Positions 41,208 to 51,800 of a stretch of 64,000 bases of DNA are shown here, piece after piece (within the stretch, counting starts at the first letter, position 1; each line of letters opens with the position of its first letter). The position numbers were made by a program, and so were the translations under genes. The notes beneath the pieces are model-generated. The model ran no database searches. It saw only the letters and a program-made list of their open reading frames with translations, and was not told the origin of the DNA. This stretch comes from Balanoglossus misakiensis (taxonomy: Eukaryota; Animalia; Hemichordata): assembly GCA_040954595.2 (NCBI GenBank), contig CM082597.2:7527849-7591848 (forward strand), read 5' to 3'.

Positions 41208-42948
41208 CATACATACATACATACATACTTACAAACAAACAAACAAACACAATTTGGTACGCTTTTGCTGAACCAATCATTATTTTTGGATTAATGTTCT
41301 CCCAGATGCGTTACAAATTATTGGTGAAACCATTTCGGCATTGATGTCGTCAAATCCAGCAAACGAACGGAGCAGCAGTGACACAGATATCTTGACGAAG
41401 GCCACAATTGACACAATCAATACTATTGGAAAGATGGTTTTACGAAACATGGTGGACGGTGATACAGGACACTTTGTCTTTGAGACTCCAGCCATTAATA
41501 TGCTCTTGGATAAGAACTCTGTTGACAGTCTTGCCAACAACACAATAGAACTTAAAGATGGCAATGGTTTCTACATTCCACCGGCAGATAAGATATTCTC
41601 AACCAAGACCTCTGAGATTAGCCACATTGTAAGTGTAATAAGGGGGTCCCGTCATCATCATCATGTTTAATTTTCGCAATACGGGATTTTTTAAAGGGAT
41701 AAATCGCTTCCCTTTATCCATTAATTATATTTGATACAAGACACCGATCATATTATTCTACATGTGGATATATAGTTAATCAATGTTGGACCACACAGAA
41801 CATCCATCCAACTTGTAGATACGTGAGTGAAAAACTCACCAAAATGAATAATCGGTGTTTACCATTTATTCATTTTGGCGAGATTTTTACTCTCGTATCC
41901 TACAAACGGGAAGGAAGTTGTGTGTGGTCCAACATTGATTAACTATATATCCACATGTAGAATAATATGATCGGTGTCTTGTATCAAACATAATTAATGG
42001 GAAAAGGGCAGTGAGAGAGAGACTTTCCCCCTTTAAATCTTTCTCAATGTTATACCCTTGTTTTCTATCCACCTCCCACACACAATTCTTGTCTGACACA
42101 TGTGCATAGTTTATCATGGAAATGGCACTTCTCAGGAAGGTGCGACAAAATTTTCCCCTTTAACAGTATTTGTAAATTCGTACACGTTTTCAGAATTAGT
42201 TACAATTTTAGAGGCAACCAGTTAAGAATTTGTCAATTTTCTGTCAAACCTAGTGTTCTTTTTAGCAAATTCTAGCAAATGATAATGGTCAATGATAAAC
42301 AGTGAATGTGATTTTTAACATTACAGGCCACACGTTTGAAAAGGACGTCATTCGTATCAAGCAACAATGGATTTCCTAAATATGATGTATTGAGTTTGGT
42401 GTTTACCGATAGAGATGGCAATGAAATAACAGGTAGGATATGGAAATGAAAGATCTACTGGTTCTTCTGAGTACGTTAAAATGAGAGTGTCTGAGATGCT
42501 TTTGACTAGGGGGAAAGTCTCCACCAGCACCAGTATGTATCTGACAGTAGGTTTGAGAGTTCACTCGACAAGGCAGGGTGTTACAATGTAGTATACTCTG
42601 CAATATCCACATATGCATGTATTGATGAAACTCTGGGTTGACATTTTTACAGTGTCTTTTGGGCGACTGATACTGTAGATTTTTTGTCAACCATCAACAA
42701 ACGATATGTATAGACTTTTCAAAGCTAAAGCATTATACACATTTGATCACATTTCTTTTCAGTGAAGGACACAAAGGAAGACATCCACATCATGTTTGGC
42801 ACAGATTCTCCTCCAAGTCCAACTGACAACAGTCACATATTGGAAGGTCTGCATTTGGAAGATGAAAACGTGACATACTATGGCGTCAATATTCAGGTAT
42901 GGCATGCTTGCCTTATCATCATGTTGTATTTGTCTTCTGTGCCACGTA

Positions 42949-42985
<37 letters not shown>

Positions 42986-44893
42986 ATGTATGTATGTATG
43001 TATGTATGTATGTATGTATGTATGTATGTACGTACGTACGTACGTACGTATGTATGTATGTATGTATGAATGTATGTATGTATGTATGTATGTAGGTATG
43101 TATGTATGTATGTATGTATGTACGTAGGTATGTATGTATGTATGTATGTATGTATGTATGTATGTACGTAGGTACGTACGTACGTATGTATGTAGGTAGG
43201 TATGTATGTATGTATGTATGTATATATGTATGTAGGTATGTATGTGTGTATGTATGTATGTATGTACGTAGGTACGTAGGTACGTACGTACGTATGTATG
43301 TATGTATGTATGTATGTATGTATGTATGTATGTATGTATGTATGTATGTATGTATGTATGTATGTATGTATGTATGTAGGTAGGTATGTGTGTAGCTTAA
43401 AGGGACAAAGTCTCTCTCACAGGCCTTTTTCCATTAATTATACAAGTCACAGTTTATTATTATTCTACATGTGGATATACAGTGAATCAACATTCAACAA
43501 CACACAACTTCCATCCCGTTTGTAGGATATGAGAGTAAAAATCTCGCCAAAATGAATAAATGGTAAACACTGATTATTCATTTTCGCAAGTTTGTTACTC
43601 TCGTGTCTGCAAGTTAATTGATTCACTATATATTCACATGTAGAATAACACAAACAGTGTCTTGTATCAAATATAATTAATGGAAAAGGCCTGCGAGAGA
43701 AAGACTTTGTCCCTTTAATAAATTGGACAGTGTTTGTATGTAACTCCGAATTTGCTATTGACTTTTGTAGGTCCGAAGTTTTGTTTACGCAGTCATCATC
43801 TGGATGGAAAATTCCCGAACTATCCACGGAAATACTACAGCGTATATCTTTATGGAACAGGTTCCGTATTCTGACAGTTACCGAGGGTATGACTTTTCCG
43901 CTGAGATCCACTTCTCTGGGAACCATTCCAGCATATTCATTCCGGAATACAGCTTTGTCAGTCCTGGAGAGTATTATTTAACGTTTGTCATCCCGGAGGG
44001 TACGTTGCAAATAAAATTTATTGTTTTAAAGAATTTGATTTCTCTATATGAAGTACTCTTTTTGGGAACATGCTGAGGAACAAATATTCAAAAGTGCAGA
44101 CTCGAAACTCATGAACCCGTACAATTCAATGAAATTCGCATTGGGAGTTACATACCTGTTGTATGTATAATGAAGTTTTGCCTGCAATGTAATATTTCCC
44201 TTTTCTTTGCAACGCAGAACGTGGTGTGAAATTCGCTATGATTGTGAAGCAGGCCACCTGTAAATTTATGGACACAGACTCTGAAACATGGGGCAAGGAG
44301 GGTTGTAAGGTAAATGAAGAAAATCAATTCTCCCTACCTTAAATAGGTTTTAAGCTGCCTAAGTGAGTGATGAAAATCTCAGATGGTCGACACAATTTCA
44401 AGATGGTCGATTTTTGCCATGTTTACTTTAAGAAATGGGAATTAATAAGCTAAAGTGATGATGGGTCATTCTGAAACTTTTTAACAGAAAAAAAATAAAT
44501 GTGAAAAAAGTTTAATGAATTTAATATGATAAATACAGAGACAGACATGTTTGACCACAGGAAGTCATGAAATTCAGTAAACATATTTCTTCTATCTCTT
44601 ACTACAGTGGGTTGTCGACTTTTTGCCCAGAATGCAATGTGATTTGACCCCCTAGCGCAAAGTGAAAACCTATTTAAGGCAGCCAGAATTGTTAGTGTCA
44701 TTTAAAGATTTTCTATTTTCCACCACCACTAAAGATAAAAAAACAACAAACAAGTTACATCGTTATTACACTTTTTTTGACATTGTAGGTATCACCAACA
44801 TCGAACATGACGTCAACTGTGTGTCAGTGCAACCATTTGACTGCATTCACTGCAACGACCAGAGATGTATGCATCGGGTACAGACGCAACTAA
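27617..44893 (+). CDS. Secreted mosaic protein: signal peptide, PAN/apple, trefoil, WSC-like, pentraxin/LamG, 2x HYR, polycystin-1-like GAIN with GPS; no TM region (~963 aa)
   Basis: join(27617..27677,34272..34493,35161..35298,35975..36271,36767..37330,38266..38493,39240..39479,40007..40068,40751..40841,41306..41628,42327..42432,42763..42896,43771..43999,44218..44309,44789..44893) = 2892 nt. All introns are GT-AG, phases are compatible and there is no internal stop. Signal MVRLIVLVSLMILSCRETKS; trefoil CGWDGITIQQCYERGCCYD; GPS CKFMDTDSETWGKEGC..TVCQCNHLTAF. An alternative end uses donor 44867 and exon 45089..45103 (TTAQ*). Confidence 0.85.
28509..29315. mobile_element. PIF/Harbinger-like MITE nested in a family A MITE (~28243-29355)
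   Basis: TIR GGGACCGTTCAGTTTTTACGGC / GCCGTAAAAACTGAATGGTCCC with a TTA TSD. Removing it restores the family A sequence cataattaatgg..aaaaggcagcgagagag. Confidence 0.85.
29678..29855. mobile_element. 178-bp Tc1/mariner-pogo-like MITE (inverted copy at 34583-34760)
   Basis: TA-CAGTAAAACCTGTC..GACAGGTTTTACTG-TA; two near-identical copies in opposite orientation. Confidence 0.85.
30234..30555 (+). mobile_element. Penelope-like element fragment (GIY-YIG endonuclease)
   Basis: CRTCK..LTCNTRNIIYAIVCIKCDKLYIGETKRELRIRINEH..VAHHF..H is the PLE GIY-YIG signature. It is flanked by a 20-bp direct repeat. Confidence 0.85.
30632..30709. mobile_element. 78-bp palindromic mini-element with a 9-bp TSD (AcademH-like or Mutator-like non-autonomous)
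   Basis: TSD gtgtctggt at 30623-30631 and 30710-30718; imperfect TIR T(G/A)G.CT.GT.TCCATACCCAG. Confidence 0.6.
30850..31353 (+). mobile_element. TTAA-flanked Kolobok-like MITE, family C copy 2
   Basis: Same TIRs and TTAA TSD. Its right TTAA is shared with the next element, which begins AGCACCTAGCTCGTCTCAC. Confidence 0.8.
32354..33767. mobile_element. 1.4-kb PIF/Harbinger-like non-autonomous element
   Basis: Perfect TIR GGCTGCATTCACAAACACCTCTGGAGG, TTA TSD, and subterminal G/C runs. Confidence 0.85.
34583..34760. mobile_element. 178-bp Tc1/mariner-pogo-like MITE
   Basis: TA TSD, CAGTAAAACCTGTC TIR; reverse complement of 29678-29855. Confidence 0.85.
35611..35953. mobile_element. TTAA-type MITE family D (copies at ~31841-32133, ~56907-56995, ~62620-62915, ~63839)
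   Basis: taaagcc.atagagctgcc / ggcagctataggggttttaa ends, with a shared core aatcagcctccatacaaacagtacgcagctgtcgtgg. Confidence 0.7.
37885..38190. mobile_element. TTAA-flanked Kolobok-like MITE (partial copies at ~31358-31620 and ~16600-16830)
   Basis: TTAA-AGCGCCTAGCTCGTCTCA / TGAGATGAGCTGGGCGCT-TTAA. Confidence 0.75.
38584..38868. mobile_element. piggyBac-like MITE family B (copies at 45329-45656, 50287-50598, 53146-53451, 57000-57309)
   Basis: TTAA-CCCTAA(C/T)GCT...AGC(A/G)TTAGGG-TTAA; five highly similar ~300-bp copies. Confidence 0.85.
40353..40699. mobile_element. Palindromic TTAA-flanked Kolobok-like MITE family A (copies at 41695-42032, 43401-43714, 47654-48019, 53676-54021, 55226-55471, 56158-56517; partial at ~14948-15088, ~35347-35578, ~28243-29355, ~57311-57350)
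   Basis: TTAA-AGGGACAAAGTCTCTCTCTCGCTGCC TIR; almost the whole element is an imperfect inverted repeat. Confidence 0.88.
42948..43390. repeat. Long (TCTG)n(TATG)n/(TACG)n microsatellite, intronic
   Basis: Directly visible. A shorter (CATA)n tract is at ~41180-41250. Confidence 0.95.
44337..44679. mobile_element. MITE with CCTTAAATAGGTTTT TIR (second copy at 57885-58963, interrupted)
   Basis: Terminal inverted repeat plus high similarity between the two copies. Confidence 0.75.
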
Positions 44894-45685
44894 CGCTACC
44901 TGTAATGACCTTCCCATAATGCAGCTGAACACAGCAAACTGGGAAGACGTGGGAACATCACTCACCCTAGCCAGTAGAGGGCGATGTGAGCGTCTCAGAA
45001 GCCGTATAATACTTCAGAGCATGTGGTTCTTTTTGTATTCATGCATGATATTCCCTTCTTACATGATTATTTATGCATTTTACTTCAGACAACGGCTCAA
45101 TAATTCAAATTAATTACCAAGCCCAATTGTGTGATGAATTTCTAGGTCAATATCCTCCTACTTTCATTACATTGTTACTTTGTACCAGTTTTGTCTTTAC
45201 TTGTATTATCTCATTGACAAGACATTAAACTACAAAAGTTTATCATTTTGATTAATCTTAAGAAATAACCAACGACATCACAGTTAATTAAGTATTCGTT
45301 CATAGAAGTGAATTTCGTGACATATTAACCCTAATTCTACTGGATATCATACCTGTTTTAATTGTGTGTTTAGAATGTCAATTTCTCTTAAAATACGTAT
45401 TTGCCACTTGTTCTTCTAAAATGTATTTTGACTGTCTTGACATGGCTCTCATACGTACAAATGTACTTAGACACACTTGGCAGTCTGAGCCCCCTGTAAA
45501 ATGTACCAAATTGCACTGGTTTGCACTGTATTGGTCTGAGGGTCTTGTATAGGCCCTACAGATTAACACGCACTTGGCAGTCTAACAGGCTTGGGAGCCA
45601 GGATTCTAGGCACCCTGGAAATCAAACCAGTTTCAACTGACTTGGTAGCGTTAGGGTTAAACAAACTGAACACGTCTGCATATGC

Positions 45686-46390
45686 ATGTATTCACCGATG
45701 CGTCATTTTGATCATCATTTTAACATGATTTTGTGGATTTCAAGAAATAAACAACAGCACAAAAGTTAAAAAGTTTAGATGTGTCTTTTGGTGGCATATT
45801 TTTAATAACTAGACACGTGTGGATATGTATTCACCGATGCGTCATTTTGATCATCATTTTAACATGATTTTGTGGATTTCAAGAAATAAACAACAGCACA
45901 AAAGTTAAAAAGTTTAGATGTGCCTTTTGGTGGCATATTTTTAATAACTAGACACGTGTGGATATGTATTCACCGATGCGTCATTTTGATCATCATTTTA
46001 ACATGATTTTGTGGATTTCAAGAAATAAACAACAGCACAAAAGTTAAAAAGTTTAGATGTGTCTTTTGGTGGCATATTTTTAATAACTAGACACGTGTGG
46101 ATATGTATTCACCGATGCGTCATTTTGATCATCATTTTAACATGATTTTGTGGATTTCAAGAAATAAACAACAGCACAAAAGTTAAAAAGTTTAGATGTG
46201 TCTTTTGGTGGCATATTTTTAATAACTAGACACGTGTGGATATGTATTCACCGATGCGTCATTTTGATCATCATTTTAACATGATTTTGTGGATTTCAAG
46301 AAATAAACAACAGCACAAAAGTTAAAAAGTTTAGATGTGTCTTTTGGTGGCATATTTTTAATAACTAGACACGTGTGGATATGTATTCAC
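45686..46390. repeat. 139-bp tandem repeat, 5 near-identical units plus a 10-nt partial
   Basis: Units start at 45686, 45825, 45964, 46103, 46242 and 46381. Only one substitution was noticed (gtgtct vs gtgcct in unit 2). Confidence 0.95.
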
Positions 46391-48896
46391 TGGTGTGTAA
46401 TTTTGGTTATGTGTGCATTTGATATGTTTTTACTATACATACATGTACATGTAGGCCCTAGGCCTACATTATGTCCTTTATTAACTTAGTTACGATATCA
46501 CAAACCAAATCCCTGATTACACATAACTGCTTTCTTATATCTTAATTTATACCACAATCCCTGAGTGTGTTGTTGAGCAATACAGTTTGAAAGCTTTAAA
46601 GTTTAAAACCTCATGAGATCTGATTGATTGGTACAATTGGCAAGTTGAAAACTTGAGGGATAAGTAGTTGGATTTGGTTTGTGTGTGGTTTGGTGTGCTC
46701 TTGCTATGGACTAGCTGTATACCTTGGAAGTATCAATAATCAATGCGGGTATAGGAATTAGGAGCTCTCTCCTCCCTATGGAAGCTATGTAGCCAGGGGC
46801 TGATGGGTGTCGTGAGCAATGTATGGTTAATGTCAAGTTTAGCACAATTCAGTAATCCAGTGCTTTCAATGTCTTGCATCCATTTATAAATGTACATGTA
46901 CAATACTAAAATCAGTGCGCGCTCTAAACCCATATGACATGCCACTCACTCAACAAACTCACTGGTGACTCAGAAAATTTTCCACACTAGTACATATAAA
47001 GGTATAGGGTTGACTCAGAGAAATTTTTAGAAATCCTCAAATTACCTCAAACTGTCAAAGCTTTTGTTAGAGGGCACACTGTTTGTAATACTGAAGAAAA
47101 CTGATGCATTGATGTTTTCCATAAACATATGTAGTTTTCAATTAACCCTTCATAGTAAATGGTAGTGTTTCATTCAGGATGCCATCAAGAGGGAGGATAC
47201 ATGTACAAATGTATGTTCCCCTTTGCCAGAATATTTTTGGGGTATTCCACTCTGGTAAGGGGGGGGGACTGTAATATCTCCAATATGTGAATGACATCAT
47301 TTTAAGGGGCACTGGTCCCCTTTTGACAAATTTACTGCTACAGGGTGCCAACATGTCAACAGGGGGTGAATCCCCCCATCCACCCCCCCCCCCCACCCAC
47401 CCGCGTCTAGATGAAACACTGAAATAGTATACTGAAACTCGTAATCTCTCTTCAATAGATCCCATCAAGATTGTTTCTGTCTGTTAATTTTTCTGATAAT
47501 GATCTCGTCAAAAAGATTAGAAAGAAGCAGCAGTTAAAATCAAGCCCATTCATTTCAAAGCTTCATTAGCTGAAAAGTTTTTGCTATTTTACTTATTTTT
47601 GTTATGTGTATCTTGTTCACATTCAAGAAGTATGGTGAAATTCCCAGCATTAAATGAACAAAGTCTCTCTCTCTCGCTGCCTTTTTTCCATTAATTATGT
47701 TTGATACAAGACACGGTTTATGTTAATGTACATGTGGATATACATGTACATAGTGAATCAACGTTCAACAACACACACCTACCATCCCGCTTGTAGACAC
47801 AAGAGTGAAAAACTCACCAAAATGAATAATTGGTCTCTACCATTTATTCATTTTGGACGAGTTTTTACTCTCATATCATACAAGCGGGATGGAAGTTGTG
47901 TGTGGTTGTATGTTCATTCACTACATATACACATGTACATTAACATAAACAGTGTCTTGTATCAAACAAAATTAACATAATAAATCGAAAAAGGGCAGCG
48001 AGAGAGAGATTTTGTCCCTTTAATTAAGCTTATCAGCACAGCCTAATGTGTATAGCCTACACTGATATGTGCAAAATATGAATTATTCAGGTTCGGACTA
48101 GAATTCATTTGTCAACAAGATAACTGTTCTTTACACACATACATGCCATGTTGACAAACAGAATACTGAATATATGAGCATGGTGTGTGGAGTGGAACAA
48201 GGAACTGCATTGGATACGTGGAATAAAATTACAAATACAGTGTAGCAATAAAGCCAAATGTTATGGTTATTAATTAACACACACAACATGCAACACTCAC
48301 TCAACACACAACAGTCAATGATGTGACCTGATATGACCTCAGACACCTACCGATAATCGACCATGTGTTGGCACTTAACATTATGTACCAATATCTCCTC
48401 TGCAACGGGTCTAAATGGTGACCTGGTAGTCGTGGTACTGGTTAGTTTCATTCAAATCGCACACCGGACGAAAAGGACATTCGATGTTGGTACTGGTACA
48501 GTTGTAGTGAATGAACGGGCGAGTTTCTCAGCGACGACGTCGACATGTCTCCCGATCTTCTGTCAATGAAGTCAGTCTTCAACAGTTTGCCGTTGGTACC
48601 GTGACAAACAATCCTTTATATGATGTAGCATGCATGCTGCACAGTGATCCGATTGCCAAAATGAAGAAATTATAGCGAAACCAACAACACACACTCCATC
48701 ACTAACAGTTCAACGCCCAGCCACCGACCAGGAAGAAAAAGGTCCTCAGCTGTGATTGTACAGTGCGCCCTCTATCCAGACATCTCACGTTTTCTCGCGA
48801 GAAATCGCGACACGTCATCAAAAGCAGGAAGTGGTTTTTGTAAACGAAACAGTGAGTCAGTGATTCTTGAACAGCTGTCCCAAAACTGGAGATAGA

Positions 48897-51800
48897 ATGG
48901 AAATGGACGCAGAGCCACCTGTAGAGGAGGAAGTTTTACCCCCAGAAAACGAAACTCCTGAGGTACTGAAAGAGGGGGCCAACATTGGTGAGTAATTCTG
49001 AGACGAAATTGCTTGAATAAATCCAGAAATGAGTGTAAACATTGGCTTCCCACAGACAGTGACACACACAGGTCGCAGCAAGCACTCAGAATATTTATAT
49101 TCTTAGCCCTCGGTGCGACCTGTGGTCACACACACGGCCATGCAACAGTCCCGCCACCGGGGACACAGTTTTGCAACGCAAGGCCGTAATCAGTAACCGA
49201 CCGTTGAAATTATATTGTAAGTAATCAATGTTCATGATGACGTAGAAATTGTAAAAGCTATCAAAACCCTTCGACACGCAATGTGTTGATTTACCCAGTG
49301 TCAGTGTTAGCTCTGCGCACAGGTCTGTGTGGGATCTGGTTCACTTAGTGGACACGACTATACCCCATGGCGATACCATGGTTTTTTAGGGTTAGGGTTA
49401 GGAGGGTTAGGGTATGGGATAAACTCACCCTCACATTGCCACCCCTAACCCTCCTAACCCTAACCCTAACTCACCCTCATTGCCATGGTATCGTTGCCAT
49501 GGGGTATAGTCGTGTCCACTAAGAGAACCAGATCCGTCTGTGTGTTAGGGTCCAGTGGGCATTGGGAGACTTGAAGTTGGGCATTGGGGGACCTGAGTCC
49601 CTCATAAACCCATGTGCCCAACTTCAAGTCTCCCATACGGGGACTGTACATGTAGGTCAATCATTGAAACATGCCTTTCGGTTGTCAACTTTAGTTTATT
49701 ATTTTTTTTATGATTAAAAAAGTGATTCCTTTGTTATTATGCATGGTGAAGAATAGGAAAAATCATCCTTATTTAGGCATCACATTCACTACTGACACAC
49801 TTGGAGTGGGTCGATCTTAAAAGTGTAACTGTTTTGAGATTGCTAATCACTACTCTAAAACATATTGAAGCTCCGATGTGACAGCTCTAAGAATAAATTA
49901 ACAGGTGTGCCAAAATTAAAGTGATGTAAAAGTGACTCTTTCGTTGTTATTGTAGTAAGTACCGGTTACTAACGTGGTAGGTACAACGGGTTGTCTTTAT
50001 TCCGGGCCGCAGAGTTTTGCTTGGTACTGGTCGTCAGTCCTGGTAGCGTGTTGCTCTGATGCTGGTCCGGGTCGTTCTGATTCTGGTAGTCGAGAAACGT
50101 GGGTAAAAACCAGTAGCACAGGTGCAGGGCATTCCGTAGTGCAATTACGTCAGAAACGTCCCACCTGTACAGCAGGACGCCACCAACGGACCCTATCATA
50201 AGATGTACGAGCTTTGGTACTGATTTTTTCAGAATTTGAGGACTAAGAGACATTTAAATTTTCTATTTTGGGCCGGAGTACCTTAACCCTAATGCTACTG
50301 GGTGTCATACCTGTTTATTGTGTCATGTTCCTTAAAATACGTATTTGCCATTTTTTCTTCTAAAACATATTTTTACTGTCTTGACATGGCTCTCCTACGT
50401 ACTTAGACACACTTGGCAGTCTGAGCCTCCCCCCCCCCCCCCCCAGTAAATGAACCACTGGTTTGCACTGTATTGGTCTGAGGGTCTTGGATAGGCCCTA
50501 CAGATTAACACGCACTTGACAGTCTAACAGGCCTGGGAGCCAGGATTCTAGGCACCCTGGAAATCAAACCAGTTTCAACTGACTTGGCAGCATTAGGGTT
50601 AGTATTTAAAAAATGTAGACAAGAAGTTATAAAAATATAATTATGAAACAAAATGTTTGTGCCCCATACATGTAGGCTTTACACTTTAGAAAACCAGGTG
50701 TCACTCATAGGTAAAAAAATAGGAAAGTAAGAAAACATGTTGTTTAAAGCTTGTTATCATTTTCAGAGTGTGTTAAACCCCGGTGTGGGGTATAAAAGAC
50801 CCCCCAAATCAGTGGCGAATCTTAATGCCGTTTGACTGACAACAGACAACACCAACGATCTTGGCTCTATAAAAATCGGCCAAAACAGGTCCAAGCATAA
50901 AGAATAACACCACACAACGACAGTAGTTGGCTTTATAAACACACACAACATAAAGTTATCGACGAAAAAGTACACGAGCTTATGAAACAACGATGATTTT
51001 GGGAGAAATCTGGTTTCAGTGCTTTTCAGAAGCGTCCCTGGGAAACAATAACCACGCCATTCAAACAGTTGTCAATCGCGTGGAAGTGTGAAGTGTTCAA
51101 TTATTTTCTGTGTACATGAGAGCAATTACACAGTCATTATGCACGACGACCACTCCCAAATAAACAACTATACAAACACACGTTAATCCGAACCCCAGGA
51201 CTTTCCGCACCGGGGTTTAAGAACATGATGGCATAGTACAGACATATTTTAAAGTTCGTTGTTACCTGTACAGTAATACCAGTGGCTACATGTATTGATA
51301 CAAACTAGGTAATTCATAATTTCTCACATTGATATTTTCGCTATATTGCCATATGTTTGTAAAGTTGCTTTAAACACTTAGCATTGACCAATTTTAAAAC
51401 TGTTTCATGTTTCATTAAGAGCAATGAGTATTTTAAATATTGTGAAGCTGTGATCTTCATTGCTGAAAAAAATAAGAAAACCAGAGTGGTACTAATAAAG
51501 CAATGTTTACACTAATAAAACGCACATTTTACTCACTTTATTGCTGATGTTTTTTACCTATTCCTTCTTGAATTTCCACCTTTTGAGGGTTCCAATATGT
51601 GCTTGTACTCTCCGTAGCTGAATTTTTGTGTGTTTCAACTGGGATATCAAATGCATGTCTCCATTTTTAATATATCAGACATAGCATTTGAGACACCAAT
51701 TAGACACACTTATTTTATTTCCCTGTGCCTTTTTTAATGACAAATAACACTCTTCTTCCTCTTCTTATTTTCAACAGTCTTCTTGTCTTCTTTTTAAACA

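Noticed and set aside
42880-43525. MYVC-repeat ORFs (also 1495-1737 and 41040-41344)
   Set aside because: They are (TATG)n microsatellite artefacts.
45686-46390. Regular repeat array as a CRISPR-like locus
   Set aside because: The units are identical end to end with no variable spacers, there are no cas genes, and the context is eukaryotic.
48351-48720. Minus-strand coding exon upstream of SELENOS
   Set aside because: A donor is present at ~48350, but all three frames contain stops; at most it is a divergent non-coding transcript.
49380-49475. Head-to-head TTAGGG/CCCTAA as a chromosome fusion site
   Set aside because: The tract is very short and enclosed by TIRs and a 9-bp TSD, so it is part of a transposon.
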